Shown here one piece after another: positions 40,793 through 51,327 of a DNA stretch of 64,000 bases. Made by a program: the position numbers and the translations under genes. Each line of letters opens with the position of its first letter. The first letter of the stretch is position 1. Under the pieces are notes generated by a model, which ran no database searches, had not been told where the DNA came from, and saw only the letters and a list, made by a program, of their open reading frames with translations. Origin of the DNA: an uncultured Methylomirabilota bacterium (lineage in GTDB: Bacteria > Methylomirabilota > Methylomirabilia > Methylomirabilales > 2-02-FULL-66-22); NCBI GenBank assembly GCA_963705305.1, contig OY970067.1:2560001-2624000 (forward strand). Reading direction: 5' to 3'.

Positions 40793-42277
40793 TCAGGCCG
40801 GCGGCGGGAAGCGGAGGGTGAATCTCGTCCCGCGACCGGCCTCGCTCTCGACCCGGATGTGAATCCCGTGGGCATTGGCGATATGGCGCACGATGGCAAG
40901 CCCCAGGCCGGTCGAATCCTTGTTGTGCCGCGCAGCCTCGTCGGTGCGGTAATAGTCGTCGAAGATCCGGGGGAGCTTGTCGGGGGGAATACCGATTCCC
41001 TCGTCCTCGACGACGATGACGCCGGTCCGCGGCGGCTCCTCGGCGCAGGTCACGCGCACCCTGCCCCCGTTGTGGGAGTACACCACCGCATTGGACACGA
41101 TATTGGTCACCAGCATCTTCAGGTGGTCCGCAGGGGCCCGGACGCGCGCAGGGGCCAGCTGCGTTTCGATGGTGACGCGGCGCTCTTCCGCCCGCGCCCC
41201 CACGTTGGCGATGGCCCACCGAACGACGTCGGCCAGATCCAGCTCGACCGAGAGGGGCCGCTCGTTCTCCGATTGCAGGTTGGCCAGCTGGAGCATCTGC
41301 TGGATCTCGTGGGCCAGCCTGCGGCACCTGGCCGCGATCCGGCGCACCACCTCGGCGGCCTCGTCGGGGAGGATGCCGCAGCTCCCCTTGAGCAGCAGCT
41401 GCGCGTTGGCCGCGATGGCGGCGAAGGGCGCCTTGAGCTCGTGCGTGGTCCGCAGCATGTGGCGCGCCTTCTCCGCCTGGACGATGGTGAGGCGCCGGTT
41501 GGCCTCTGCCAGCCTGCGGTCGCGGCCCCGCACCATCGCCGCGAGGTGGGACGCCAGGTACCAGACGACGAAGAAGATGGCCAAGGCTGCCAGGACCGTG
41601 ACCCACGGAAGGGCGAGGTGCGCCTCCATAACGTTCCGGAGCGTCCGGTCGGCGTAGATGCCGGGCGCGCGGATGACGCCCAGCAGCTCCAGCGCGACAC
41701 AGCCGGTGTACAGCCCGCTGGAGATGAGGACCACGACCAGGCTTCGCCGGCGCGGAAAGAAGATGCACGCCAGCACGACGTGGCCCAAGTACATGAAGGG
41801 AGCCGGGGATTGCAGGCTTCCCAAGAAGTAGACGACCATGGTGAGGACGACCAGGTCGACGATGATCTGGCTCCACAGATTGAGCGCGGCGCCCTGGCCG
41901 GGAGGCTGCCGGACGAGCAGCTCGGCGTGCCAGAGGAAGCCGACATTCGCCGCGAGCAGGATGCCGGCGGCGACGAACGGCCAGACATTCGGCGGCCGCA
42001 GGCCGAGCGGAGTGAACAGGGTGTGGGCGAGGACGCCCAAGGCGCCGAACCCAACCAGGCAGGAGATGGCCACCCAGCGGAGGCGGATGAACCAGAGGAC
42101 GTTTCCGATCAGGAGGGTTTCCGGTAGGGCTTCGGATGATGCGTTGTCGGCCGGCAGCGCACCGCCGGGCTTGGCCGGCGTCGGAAGCAGCTCGAAGGAA
42201 GCGCGGAGCGTGGAATCGGCCAATGTCGCCATGGCGCCGCCGAAGAGAGATTGCCGGCCTCTGTTCTGGGTTTCCAA
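40793..42277 (-). CDS. Membrane sensor histidine kinase
   Basis: About 5 TM helices, THELKAP H-box, NAVVYS, DEGIGI, TGLGLAI. The start may be 42232. Confidence 0.9.
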   Translation of the reverse strand: METQNRGRQSLFGGAMATLADSTLRASFELLPTPAKPGGALPADNASSEALPETLLIGNVLWFIRLRWVAISCLVGFGALGVLAHTLFTPLGLRPPNVWPFVAAGILLAANVGFLWHAELLVRQPPGQGAALNLWSQIIVDLVVLTMVVYFLGSLQSPAPFMYLGHVVLACIFFPRRRSLVVVLISSGLYTGCVALELLGVIRAPGIYADRTLRNVMEAHLALPWVTVLAALAIFFVVWYLASHLAAMVRGRDRRLAEANRRLTIVQAEKARHMLRTTHELKAPFAAIAANAQLLLKGSCGILPDEAAEVVRRIAARCRRLAHEIQQMLQLANLQSENERPLSVELDLADVVRWAIANVGARAEERRVTIETQLAPARVRAPADHLKMLVTNIVSNAVVYSHNGGRVRVTCAEEPPRTGVIVVEDEGIGIPPDKLPRIFDDYYRTDEAARHNKDSTGLGLAIVRHIANAHGIHIRVESEAGRGTRFTLRFPPPA

Positions 42278-42646
42278 GGCCTCGCGCTTCAGCTGCAGAG
42301 CGCCCGCCCCGAGCCGTTCGACACGCCGGCCCTGGTTGCAGGAGATAGCGGGATGAGACCCGCGCGGGTCATTCGGTTCGGACGAGACGAGCCCGCAGAC
42401 GACAGCAGCAGCGGTTGGCGCCCGTGCGGCCAGCCCGGAAGATCTTCGGATCGCTCCGGCAGCTCCGGCTTCGCCCGCGACGCCCGACGAGGCCTCCCGT
42501 CAAAAGCATCCCACCGCGTTATCCGGGTGTCAAGGGGGAATCGCCGGCGGAATCCCCGAGAGGGCCGCGGCCCCGGACGACTTGACAGCAGCCGTTGTTT
42601 GGCTTTCAATTAGCCGGCGAGGGGGGGCCTGATCGCAGGGGGGATT

Positions 42647-43825
42647 GTGCAGAAGACGCGAGAGACACAGGATCTGGCCCAGGCCCTGTATGTGGCGGCC
42701 GTGGCTCTGGGACGCACCGGCGAGGCCGAGGAAGTGGTCCGGGTGGCGATCGAGGAGATCCAGCGGGCGACCGGCGTGGAGGCCGTGTCGCTTCACCTCC
42801 TGGACTCCTCGCAGTCGATCCTGGTCCTGCGAGAGTTCGCCGGCACCACATCCGGCTTCCGCGAGCAGATGACCCATCTGCCGCTGGACAAAGCGCTGCT
42901 GGCGGCCCGGGCGATCCGGGAGCGCCGCGTCGTTTCCTGCGCCGTTGACGCGCACCCGACGCCCGTGCTACGCGCCCTGTATGTGGCCGAAGGCTTCCGC
43001 CACATGACCGCCGTGCCGGTGTCCGGGCGCCAGGAGGTCCTGGGTGTCCTGCTGGTGGCGGGTCGCGCCCCGACGCCGCTGACCCCGCAGGATCTGGCCC
43101 TCGTCGAGGCCATCGGCGGGCTGGTAGGGATAGCGCTGGGCGATACCACCCTGCGCGAGCTGATGCTGGCGCAGCAAGACCGGTTGCGCGCCCTGGCCGA
43201 AGGGACATTCCGGGCCCGCGAAGAGGAGGCCAGGCGAATCGCGCGCGAGCTGCATGACGAGGCCGGCCAGCTGCTGGCCTCGGTGCATATCGCGCTGGAC
43301 GACCTAGCCCAGCGGATGCCCGCGGGGGCAGGGACAGTCTGCAAGGTTCATGACCTGCTGGACCGGGTGGAGGAACAACTCCGCCGGCTGTCCCGGGAGC
43401 TGCGCCCCACCATCCTGGACGACCTGGGGCTGGCGCCCGCCCTGGAATGGCTGGCGCAAGGAGTGGCGGAGCGGACGGGGATCAGCGTGGCCGTCCAGGC
43501 GCCGGTCGGCCGGCTGCCTTCCGGAATCGAGACCGTCCTGTACCGCGTTGTCCAGGAGGCGCTCAACAATACCGCCAGACACGCGCAGGCCATGTCCGCG
43601 GCGATCGAGGTCTGGCTAGGGAACGGCACGGTCCGTGCGGTTGTGCGGGATGATGGCCAGGGGTTCGACGTTGAGACCGCGCTGGCGCGCCGGGGGGACC
43701 GCGGCCTGGGCCTGATCGGGATGCGCGAGCGTGTGGACGCGGTGGGGGGGCGCCTGTCGATCACCTCGGCCGCCGGCAGGGGAACGGAGGTGATCGCGAC
43801 GATTCCCGTGGATGGGCAGCCGTGA
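42647..43825 (+). CDS. GAF-domain HisKA_3 sensor kinase
   Basis: GAF region, RIARELHDEAGQ, QEALNN, DDGQGF, GLGLIGMRER; TTGACA-N17-TTCAAT promoter upstream. Confidence 0.9.
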   Translation: MQKTRETQDLAQALYVAAVALGRTGEAEEVVRVAIEEIQRATGVEAVSLHLLDSSQSILVLREFAGTTSGFREQMTHLPLDKALLAARAIRERRVVSCAVDAHPTPVLRALYVAEGFRHMTAVPVSGRQEVLGVLLVAGRAPTPLTPQDLALVEAIGGLVGIALGDTTLRELMLAQQDRLRALAEGTFRAREEEARRIARELHDEAGQLLASVHIALDDLAQRMPAGAGTVCKVHDLLDRVEEQLRRLSRELRPTILDDLGLAPALEWLAQGVAERTGISVAVQAPVGRLPSGIETVLYRVVQEALNNTARHAQAMSAAIEVWLGNGTVRAVVRDDGQGFDVETALARRGDRGLGLIGMRERVDAVGGRLSITSAAGRGTEVIATIPVDGQP

Positions 43826-44457
43826 TCCGTGTGCTGCTGGCCGATGACCACGCCATCGTGCGCGAAGGGTTGCGCGCGCTGCTCACGCGGGAGCCGGACC
43901 TAGAGGTTGTGGCGGAGGCGGCCGACGGCCACGAGGCTCTCCGGCGGGCCCGCGAAACCAAGCCGGATGTGGCCGCCATGGACCTCAGTATGCCTTTGCT
44001 GAACGGCCTGGAGGCGAGCCGCCAGATGATTGACTGGGAGCGGGGGCCGCGGCCTATCCTGCTGACCATGCACGCCGAGGATCAATACGTTCTGGAGGCG
44101 ATGCGGATCGGGATCCGGGGATACGTCCTGAAGACGCAGGCGGGTGCGGATCTGGTGCAGGCCATCCGCGAGGTGTCGGCCGGCGGAGTGTACTTGAGCC
44201 CGGGCGTCTCCGCGACGCTGGTCGGTGCCCTGCGGGACCCCAGGCCCCCCGGGGGAGAGGCGGTCCTCACCCCACGCGAACGGGAGGTGCTCCAGCTCGT
44301 GGCGGAGGGGAAAACGACAAAGGAGATCGGCGCGATCCTCCATGTCAGCACCAAGACCGCCGATGCGCACCGGACACGTTTGATGCAGAAGCTGAATATT
44401 CATGATATTGCAGGTCTAACCCGATATGCCATTCGCCGGGGCGTGATTCAGCCCTGA
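43822..44457 (+). CDS. NarL/LuxR family response regulator
   Basis: LADDHAIVREG; LTPREREVLQLVAEGKTTKEI. Confidence 0.93.
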   Translation: MIRVLLADDHAIVREGLRALLTREPDLEVVAEAADGHEALRRARETKPDVAAMDLSMPLLNGLEASRQMIDWERGPRPILLTMHAEDQYVLEAMRIGIRGYVLKTQAGADLVQAIREVSAGGVYLSPGVSATLVGALRDPRPPGGEAVLTPREREVLQLVAEGKTTKEIGAILHVSTKTADAHRTRLMQKLNIHDIAGLTRYAIRRGVIQP

Positions 44458-44534
44458 GTCCTCGGCCGGTCGCCGGAGTCCAGCGGCGGCCCCCACGGCC
44501 AACGCACCGTACCGACGCACCCCGAGAGGCATCC

Positions 44535-45113
44535 ATGCAGAAAATCCTGGTGGCTTTCGTTGCGCTCTTTGTGGCGGTAGATATCCTGGGGGTCCTCCCG
44601 TTGTACCTGAGCCTCACCCACCAGATGTCTCCCGAGGACCGCCGGAGGCTCTCGTGGCAGTCCACGCTGACGGCGACTGCCGTCGGGCTCGGGTTCCTCA
44701 TCCTGGGAAATCTGATTTTCCGGGTGATGGGGGTGACGGTGGGAGACTTTCAAGTGGCCGGGGGCATCTTGCTCCTGGTTCTATCGATTCACGACCTGCT
44801 CAATCCTGGCAGGGTCATCCGACGGCCCACCCCCGGCATCGGCGTCGTCCCCCTGGGCACGCCTTTGATCGTGGGACCGGCCGTACTCACCGCCCTGGTC
44901 GTCCTGACACAGAACTACGGCCACGCGGTCACCCTGATCGCTTTCGGGGCGAACATGGGCTTGGCGCTCATCGTTCTCCGCTATGCCCAGCGGATCGGGC
45001 GGGTCCTCGGCGAGAACGGCTCCGAGGCCGTGGCCAAGGTGGCGAACCTGTTCCTGGCCGCATTCGGGATCAGCCTGGTGCGGCGAGGCTTGCCAGACTT
45101 TGTCGGGCGATGA
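44535..45113 (+). CDS. MarC family membrane protein
   Basis: LFVAVD, FQVAGGILL, VVPLGTPLIVGP. Confidence 0.88.
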   Translation: MQKILVAFVALFVAVDILGVLPLYLSLTHQMSPEDRRRLSWQSTLTATAVGLGFLILGNLIFRVMGVTVGDFQVAGGILLLVLSIHDLLNPGRVIRRPTPGIGVVPLGTPLIVGPAVLTALVVLTQNYGHAVTLIAFGANMGLALIVLRYAQRIGRVLGENGSEAVAKVANLFLAAFGISLVRRGLPDFVGR

Positions 45114-45327
45114 CCTCCTGACACGCGCGACGCGGAGCGGGGAGCAGCAGGGGCGAGTCAGGCATAAGAACCTCGATTTGTCCTGATATTCCTTGACATT
45201 TTTTCAGGCGTCAACTAGTCATGCTCATAGGAGTCGGGTCCCTAAAGAGGCCCCCGGGTGCCGAAGGATCCCGGTGGGGTCTGCCGGTCAAGGGGGAGAG
45301 GGGTCGAACCACCTACGGGGGAAAACG

Positions 45328-46251
45328 GTGGTCGTCCTGATCGTCGATGACGACGCGGGCGTGGCGGAGACACTGTCCGAGGTTTTGGGTGCCAGTGGGC
45401 ACGAGGCCGTGGTGGCCGGGGATGCCCAGGGTGGCCTGGATATCCTGCGCAGTCGATCCGTCGACCTGATCCTCCTCGATGTCATCCTCCCCGGCGGGCT
45501 CTCCGGATATGCGGCGTGCGAGACCTACAAGAGCCTGCGGCCCAATCTGCCGGTCGTCATCATCACGGGAACGTTCACAAGCGACGCCGACGCCCGACTG
45601 GCCACCCAGGTGGGAGCGCTGGGCTTCCTGCGCAAGCCATTTGCGGTGGACCAGCTTCTCGGGCTGGTCCGCCGGGCCACGGAGGTGCGCCAGTCCGCCT
45701 CCATGTTCCTGTTTGCCTTCCGATGCCAGGAGTGTGGCGCCGAAAGCCGGACCCGGCACTGGGCAGGCGAGGCGCGCCGGGTACGCTGTCCGAATTGCGG
45801 CAACCTCCGCGTGGTCGGGCCGGAAGAGCTGACGCCGATCTCCGAACCGTCCGCCCGCGTGCCCATGCCGGGAGGGCGACGGCGGATCCTGGTGGTGGAC
45901 AGCACCGAGCATTTCCGGCTCTACCTGCTGGACCTGTTGACGGAGGTTGGCCATTACGTGGTCACCGCCCGTGACGGGCAGGAGGCGCTGCGTCTGGCCC
46001 AGGAATGGGTTCCAGATCTGGTGATCACGGACATCCTGCTGCCCGGCATGGATGGCATCGCCCTCTGCCAGCAGATCAAAGCCCATCCGCGTCTCCGGCA
46101 GACGCCGGTCCTCACCATCACCAGCTTGAAAGACGACGAGTACCGGCGGCACGGTCAGCGCGCGGGCATTGACGTGTTCATGACCAAGCCCATCCGGGCC
46201 GAGGAGCTCTTCGAGCACGTGCAGACCCTGACCGCTCCATCCGGTCACTAA
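45328..46251 (+). CDS. Double-receiver response regulator with a central zinc ribbon
   Basis: REC - CQEC...CPNC - REC; probable GTG start at 45328. Confidence 0.82.
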   Translation: MVVLIVDDDAGVAETLSEVLGASGHEAVVAGDAQGGLDILRSRSVDLILLDVILPGGLSGYAACETYKSLRPNLPVVIITGTFTSDADARLATQVGALGFLRKPFAVDQLLGLVRRATEVRQSASMFLFAFRCQECGAESRTRHWAGEARRVRCPNCGNLRVVGPEELTPISEPSARVPMPGGRRRILVVDSTEHFRLYLLDLLTEVGHYVVTARDGQEALRLAQEWVPDLVITDILLPGMDGIALCQQIKAHPRLRQTPVLTITSLKDDEYRRHGQRAGIDVFMTKPIRAEELFEHVQTLTAPSGH

Positions 46252-46508
46252 TTCCTTCCCAATGCCGCCCCGGTGCCGGCCGCCCAGGCACGCCACTGCT
46301 GGGGGATTTCCCTTCAGGAATTCGGGTACCTTCCTTATTCCGCCTTTCCCCGCGTGTGCTATCGTGGGCCTGGAACCAGGCTGGAGCCAGTGAGTTCGGC
46401 GGGGGGACCGCTTTCCTCCGGGTCTGCCCGGCCGCTCCATCGAGGTGTCGGCATGATGCCGGTCCCGCGGGGCGCGGCTCCGGGGATCGGTTGTGAACGA
46501 GGAACCGC

Positions 46509-46940
46509 ATGAGCGTTCGACAGAAACCTATGAAGGAATCCGGGCAGCGTCGCGGCTCCGGCTCGAAGGATCGCTTTGTGGCCCTCCGCCACCTGCTGGA
46601 GGTGGAACGCCAGCAGGTCCGGACGGAACTGGAGTCAATGACCCGCGCGCTGCGCGAAGTGGGCCGGCCGGAGGTGGGCGACGAGAGCGACCGGGCGGCA
46701 TATGGGTTCACCCAAGAGCTGAGCTCGGCCGGTGTGGATCGGCTGGCACAGACCCTGAGCCGCATCGAGGATGCCCTGGCCCGACATGCCGAGGGGCGGT
46801 ACGGGTACTGCGCCAGGTGCGAGGAGGAGATCCCGATCGCCCGCCTCCGGTCCCTGCCGTTTGCCGACTATTGCACCCGCTGTCAGGAAGAGGTGGAGCG
46901 CACGACGAGCGGGTCCGGGGAGATCGGCCTGGTGGCGTGA
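46509..46940 (+). CDS. TraR/DksA C4 zinc-finger protein
   Basis: DESDRA (DxxDxA), YGYCARCEEEIPIARL...CTRC. Confidence 0.88.
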   Translation: MSVRQKPMKESGQRRGSGSKDRFVALRHLLEVERQQVRTELESMTRALREVGRPEVGDESDRAAYGFTQELSSAGVDRLAQTLSRIEDALARHAEGRYGYCARCEEEIPIARLRSLPFADYCTRCQEEVERTTSGSGEIGLVA

Positions 46941-47203
46941 AGAACCCGCCTGGTCCCGCCGGAGGCATCCTGTTGAGGACGGCTGCGCTCGCGACGAGCC
47001 CTGCGCGCGGCGGCCGGGAGTCCTCGACGATGGATGTGTGCCTGCCGGCAAGGGAGCAGGTGCCCGCGACGGGCGGAGGAGATTCCGGCCCCTGCGGGAG
47101 ATCTCCCGGATCCGAGGACCGGGCGAATGCGCCTTCCGTTACTGTACCCGTGGGTCCATTCTGCGAAGGCCGGGCGTTACGCGTGCTTCTGCCGGGATCG
47201 GAC

Positions 47204-47581
47204 ATGCGGCTCCTGTTGGTGGATGATGATCCCGAATTCCGCGATACCCTGCGGCAGCTCCTCGTCCAGCGAAGGCAGGTAGCGATCGTCGGGGAGGCTG
47301 CCGACGGCGAGGAGGCGCTCCGGCTGGCAGGCGCGGTCTGCCCGGACGTCGTCCTCCTGGACCTGGTCATGCCGCGGATGAACGGCCTGGAGGCAGCGCG
47401 CCATTTTAAGGCGCGCTGGCCGGGAATGGTCGTGGTGATCCTGACGGTCCACGACGATGAGGCATACCGGCGGACTGCCCTGGCAGCCGGCGCCAAGGCC
47501 TTTCTGGTCAAGAAGACCCTGGGCGTCGATCTGTGGCCCACGTTGCTCCGGTTCGGCCCGAGAACCTTGCGCCAGGAATGA
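47204..47581 (+). CDS. Single-domain response regulator (NarL-type receiver)
   Basis: MRLLLVDDD, VGEAADGEEA, VLLDLVMP. Confidence 0.85.
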   Translation: MRLLLVDDDPEFRDTLRQLLVQRRQVAIVGEAADGEEALRLAGAVCPDVVLLDLVMPRMNGLEAARHFKARWPGMVVVILTVHDDEAYRRTALAAGAKAFLVKKTLGVDLWPTLLRFGPRTLRQE

Positions 47582-47769
47582 CAGTGGGGGGATTTTTAGT
47601 ATCTTCCGTCGGATAGATCGGGTATAGTCCGCACTTGCGTCATTCGACCCGCGCATGATGGAAGAATCCGGCAGCGGCACCGCCGGAACGTATGAGGCCC
47701 ATTCCATAAGACACGGGCTCGGGGTCCCGGGCCCTCTTGCCCCCCAGGGGTGCATGCAGGAGGTCATCA

Positions 47770-49035
47770 ATGGCTCTGGATGTCGTCCAGTCGGCACGGG
47801 AGGTCTTTGACGCAGGCCGGGGCGGGTCCCCGCGCTGGTTCCGCGGGTGCGCCACGTTCCTGGCAGCGATCGTGCTCCTCGCCGCCCCCCTAATTGCCGG
47901 GGCAGCGGAAGGCCAGGCTGCGCAGGACCATCGACCCGAGCGCGGCATCGGCCTCTACACGGAATACTCCGCGGTCGTGGTGCCCGTTGGAGAGTCGGTG
48001 CGGATGGATCTTACAGTGGAGAACAAAGGCAAGCGGGACGAGACGGTCGCCCTGAAATTCAAGTCCGTCCCCAAAGGCTGGCAGGCAAAGCTTATCGGAG
48101 GGAACTTCACGGTCACCGGGGTGTCCGTTCCTGCCGGAAAGACGCGCACCTTGACCTTCACCGCGGACCCGGACAAGAACGTGGGGCCGGGGACCTACGC
48201 CTTCGACCTGGAGGGGATCACGGCCGACGGCCAGCTCACGGCTTCGCAGACGCTCACGATCACCGCCCGGGAGCGAAGCCGCATGGGCGCGCAGGACATT
48301 CAGATTACCACCTCCTACCCGGTCCTGAAGGGACAGACGGATGCCACCTTTGAGTTCTCGCTGGACGTGGCCAACAAGAGCGAGAACGACCGGACGTTCA
48401 ACCTGAGCGCCCAGGTGCCCGAGAAGTGGGATGTGAACTTCAAACCGGCCTACGAGAGCAAGCAGATCTCCAGCCTGCGTATCCGCGGGGGGAGCAGCCA
48501 GACCGTGGCCGTGCAGATCACCCCTCAGCGCGACACCCAGGCGGGCCAGTATCCGATCCTCGTTCGGATCAACTCGGGCGAGTCGCAGGCCGAGGCGAAG
48601 TTGATGGTGGTTCTCACCGGGATCTACAGGCTGGATGCGGGAACCCCGACCGGCCTGCTGTCGCTGGATGCGGTCCGCGGGAAGGCCGCGACGATGTCGC
48701 TGGTGATCAAGAACACCGGCTCGGCGGTCAATCACAATATCAGCCTGTCGGCCTTCAATCCCGAGAACTGGAAGGTCGCATTCAAGCCCGACAAGATCGA
48801 GTCCCTGGATCCGGGGGCGATCAAGCAGGTGGAAGTGACCATCACCCCCTCGACGGAGGCGCTGGTCGGCGACTACTCGGTGGCGCTCTCGGTCGATGGG
48901 GAGAAGGCCAGCAAGACGGTGGAGATGCGGGTCACGGTGAAAGCGCCGACCGCCTGGGGCTGGATCGGGGTCGGCCTGATTGTTGCGGTGATCGCCGGGA
49001 TGGGCGGCCTGTTCGCCTGGTTTGGCCGGCGGTAG
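47770..49035 (+). CDS. NEW3-domain surface/periplasmic protein with a C-terminal anchor
   Basis: Repeated Ig-like V.N.G / P.GW / G.Y motifs, N-terminal hydrophobic signal, C-terminal TM; GGAGG RBS. Confidence 0.8.
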   Translation: MALDVVQSAREVFDAGRGGSPRWFRGCATFLAAIVLLAAPLIAGAAEGQAAQDHRPERGIGLYTEYSAVVVPVGESVRMDLTVENKGKRDETVALKFKSVPKGWQAKLIGGNFTVTGVSVPAGKTRTLTFTADPDKNVGPGTYAFDLEGITADGQLTASQTLTITARERSRMGAQDIQITTSYPVLKGQTDATFEFSLDVANKSENDRTFNLSAQVPEKWDVNFKPAYESKQISSLRIRGGSSQTVAVQITPQRDTQAGQYPILVRINSGESQAEAKLMVVLTGIYRLDAGTPTGLLSLDAVRGKAATMSLVIKNTGSAVNHNISLSAFNPENWKVAFKPDKIESLDPGAIKQVEVTITPSTEALVGDYSVALSVDGEKASKTVEMRVTVKAPTAWGWIGVGLIVAVIAGMGGLFAWFGRR

Positions 49036-49139
49036 GCGCCAACCGGGCCACCGGCCCCTGGTACGCTTGGAGGTCCGGGCTTCCGAGTTGCCGGATGGCC
49101 AAGTTCCCTGGCAGGCAGACAGGAGAGGCGGACGAGATC

Positions 49140-49901
49140 ATGGAGAGTATCATCGAGACCCACCAGCTCACCAAGCGCTACGGCGCCCAAGTGGCGGTGA
49201 ACGCCCTGACCCTGGAGGTCGCCGCCGGCGAGATCTTCGGGTTCCTGGGGCCCAACGGGGCCGGGAAGACGACCACGCTCTTGATGCTCTTGGGGCTGAG
49301 TGAGCCCACCTCCGGGAGCGCGCGAGTCTGCGGATTCGATCCGACCCGGCAGCCCTTGCAGGTCAAGAAGATCGTGGGCTACCTGCCGGAAAACGTGGGC
49401 TTCTACGAGGACATGACCGCCGTCCAGAACCTGGAGTTCGTGGGCCGGCTGAACGGCCTGCGGGACGGCGGTCTGCAGGGAAAGATCGAGACCGTGCTGG
49501 CCCAGGTCGACCTCTTGGGCGAGGGAAAGAAACGCGTGGGGGCCTACTCGCGCGGGATGCGGCAGCGCCTGGGCATTGCCGAAGTGCTGCTGAAGGAGCC
49601 CCGGGTGGTGTTCCTGGACGAGCCGACGCTGGGATTGGATCCGGATGGCACCCAGAAGATGCTGGAGTTCATCCAGCGGCTCAGCCGGGAGAAGGGGATG
49701 ACCGTCTTCTTCTCTTCCCATCTCCTGGACCAAGTCCAGCGCATCAGCGATCGAGTGGGGATCATGCTCAAGGGCAGCCTGGTGGCGGTGGGGCCCATCC
49801 AGGAGCTGGCCAAGCGGAAGCTGGGCATCGACCAGCAGCACTACACGCTGGAAGAGATCTACATGCGGTATTTCCGGGAGGGCGTTCCGGTCGGCTCGTG
49901 A
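49140..49901 (+). CDS. ABC transporter ATP-binding protein
   Basis: GPNGAGKT, YSRGMRQR, FLDEPT, SSH. Confidence 0.93.
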   Translation: MESIIETHQLTKRYGAQVAVNALTLEVAAGEIFGFLGPNGAGKTTTLLMLLGLSEPTSGSARVCGFDPTRQPLQVKKIVGYLPENVGFYEDMTAVQNLEFVGRLNGLRDGGLQGKIETVLAQVDLLGEGKKRVGAYSRGMRQRLGIAEVLLKEPRVVFLDEPTLGLDPDGTQKMLEFIQRLSREKGMTVFFSSHLLDQVQRISDRVGIMLKGSLVAVGPIQELAKRKLGIDQQHYTLEEIYMRYFREGVPVGS

Positions 49902-49928
49902 GGGCGCGGCTTGCCTGGAGGCGTTGCC

Positions 49929-50891
49929 ATGCACGGACTCGCAGCGATCTATCGCAAGGAGCTGGAGGATCATTTCAGCAGCACCCGGTTCATCCTGCTC
50001 CTCACCGTGATCCTGATGATCAGCCTCATCACGGGCTACATGGTCGGCAGCGGGCTCAGGAAGGAGTTGGAGGGGATCGCCAAGCCCTCCCTGGTGTTCC
50101 TGATGCTGTTCACCTCCACGGGGGCGTTCTTCTCGCTGGCCCAGTTCATCGCCTTCTTCGGACCGCTCATCGGGATGGTCCTGGGCTTCGACGCCATCAA
50201 CCGGGAGCGGACCGCGCGGACCCTCAGCAAGCTCCTGGCCCAGCCGATCTACCGGGATGCGGTCATCAACGGGAAATTCCTGGCCGGCCTGACCACCATC
50301 GGCTTGATGCTCTTGTCCATCGCCCTGCTCATCTCCGGCATGGGCCTGGTGGTCCTGGGGGTGGTGCCGGGGTGGGAGGAGGTCGGGCGGCTGGCCCTCT
50401 ACCTGGTGGTGAGCATCGTCTACGTCGGGTTCTGGCTGGGGGTGGCGATCCTCTGCTCGGTGCTGTTCCGCAGCATGGCGACCTCGGCGCTGGCCTCTCT
50501 GGCTCTCTGGATCTTCTTCGCCTTCTTCGTGCCGATGGGGGCCAACCTGGCGGCGGACGTGATCGCCCCGAGCCCGGGAGAGAATTCGGCCGAGGTCGAG
50601 GTCGTGCTCCAGCACGAGCACATCCGCGAATTCGTCTCCACGTTCTCGCCCATTACGCTGTACAGCCAGGGGACGTCGGTCGTCTTGGATCCGATGCGCA
50701 GCACGACGCGCTCGCTGGTCCTGATGGGCCCCATGGAGCGGCTGTCCCTCAGCCGCTTCCAGAGCCCGCTGTCGCTGCTGCAAAGCATGCTGATCGTGGC
50801 CCCCTACCTGATCTCGCTGCTGGCCATCACGGCGGTGTGCTTTGCCGTCTGCTATATCGCCTTCATGCGACAGGAGATTCGCGCAACCTAG
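49929..50891 (+). CDS. ABC-2 type transporter permease
   Basis: GFDAINRER, LLAQPIYRDAVINGKF, about 6 TM helices. Confidence 0.88.
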   Translation: MHGLAAIYRKELEDHFSSTRFILLLTVILMISLITGYMVGSGLRKELEGIAKPSLVFLMLFTSTGAFFSLAQFIAFFGPLIGMVLGFDAINRERTARTLSKLLAQPIYRDAVINGKFLAGLTTIGLMLLSIALLISGMGLVVLGVVPGWEEVGRLALYLVVSIVYVGFWLGVAILCSVLFRSMATSALASLALWIFFAFFVPMGANLAADVIAPSPGENSAEVEVVLQHEHIREFVSTFSPITLYSQGTSVVLDPMRSTTRSLVLMGPMERLSLSRFQSPLSLLQSMLIVAPYLISLLAITAVCFAVCYIAFMRQEIRAT

Positions 50892-50908
50892 GTTGGTGCC
50901 TGGTACTG

Positions 50909-51049
50909 AATTTCCTCCGGCAGTTCGAGCTGCCGGATGGGGTGGAGAGCGAGCGCATCTCGGCTGAACTCAAGCACGGCGTCCTGACGCTGCGCCTGCC
51001 CAAGAAGGAGCAGGCCAAGCCTTGGAAGATCGAGGTCAACGTCTCCTAG
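50909..51049 (+). pseudogene. 3' fragment of an Hsp20/alpha-crystallin gene
   Basis: FLRQFELPDGVESERISAELKHGVLTLRLPK with no start codon or N-terminal half. Confidence 0.7.
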
Positions 51050-51327
51050 TCGGGGGCGCCAACCGAGCTCGTCCGGCGGCGGGGCGGGATGCCTGAGAAC
51101 ATGCTCGCTCCGCCGCCGTGCATTCTCATCTTCCCTGTCCCACCGCGCTCCCCTGCTGATCTGCGGTCGTCCGGTCCTCTCCAATCCTTTGCTTGACACC
51201 GTCGCGACGGTCAGGCTATGTATCAACGGTTTGGGTTGCGTTGGCGACGTTGAGCGCACTGCGCTTGAGGGGAGGGCGTCGGGATTCCCGGACATTCGGA
51301 ACGCCGCGTGCGGCGGTTGAGGGACCA

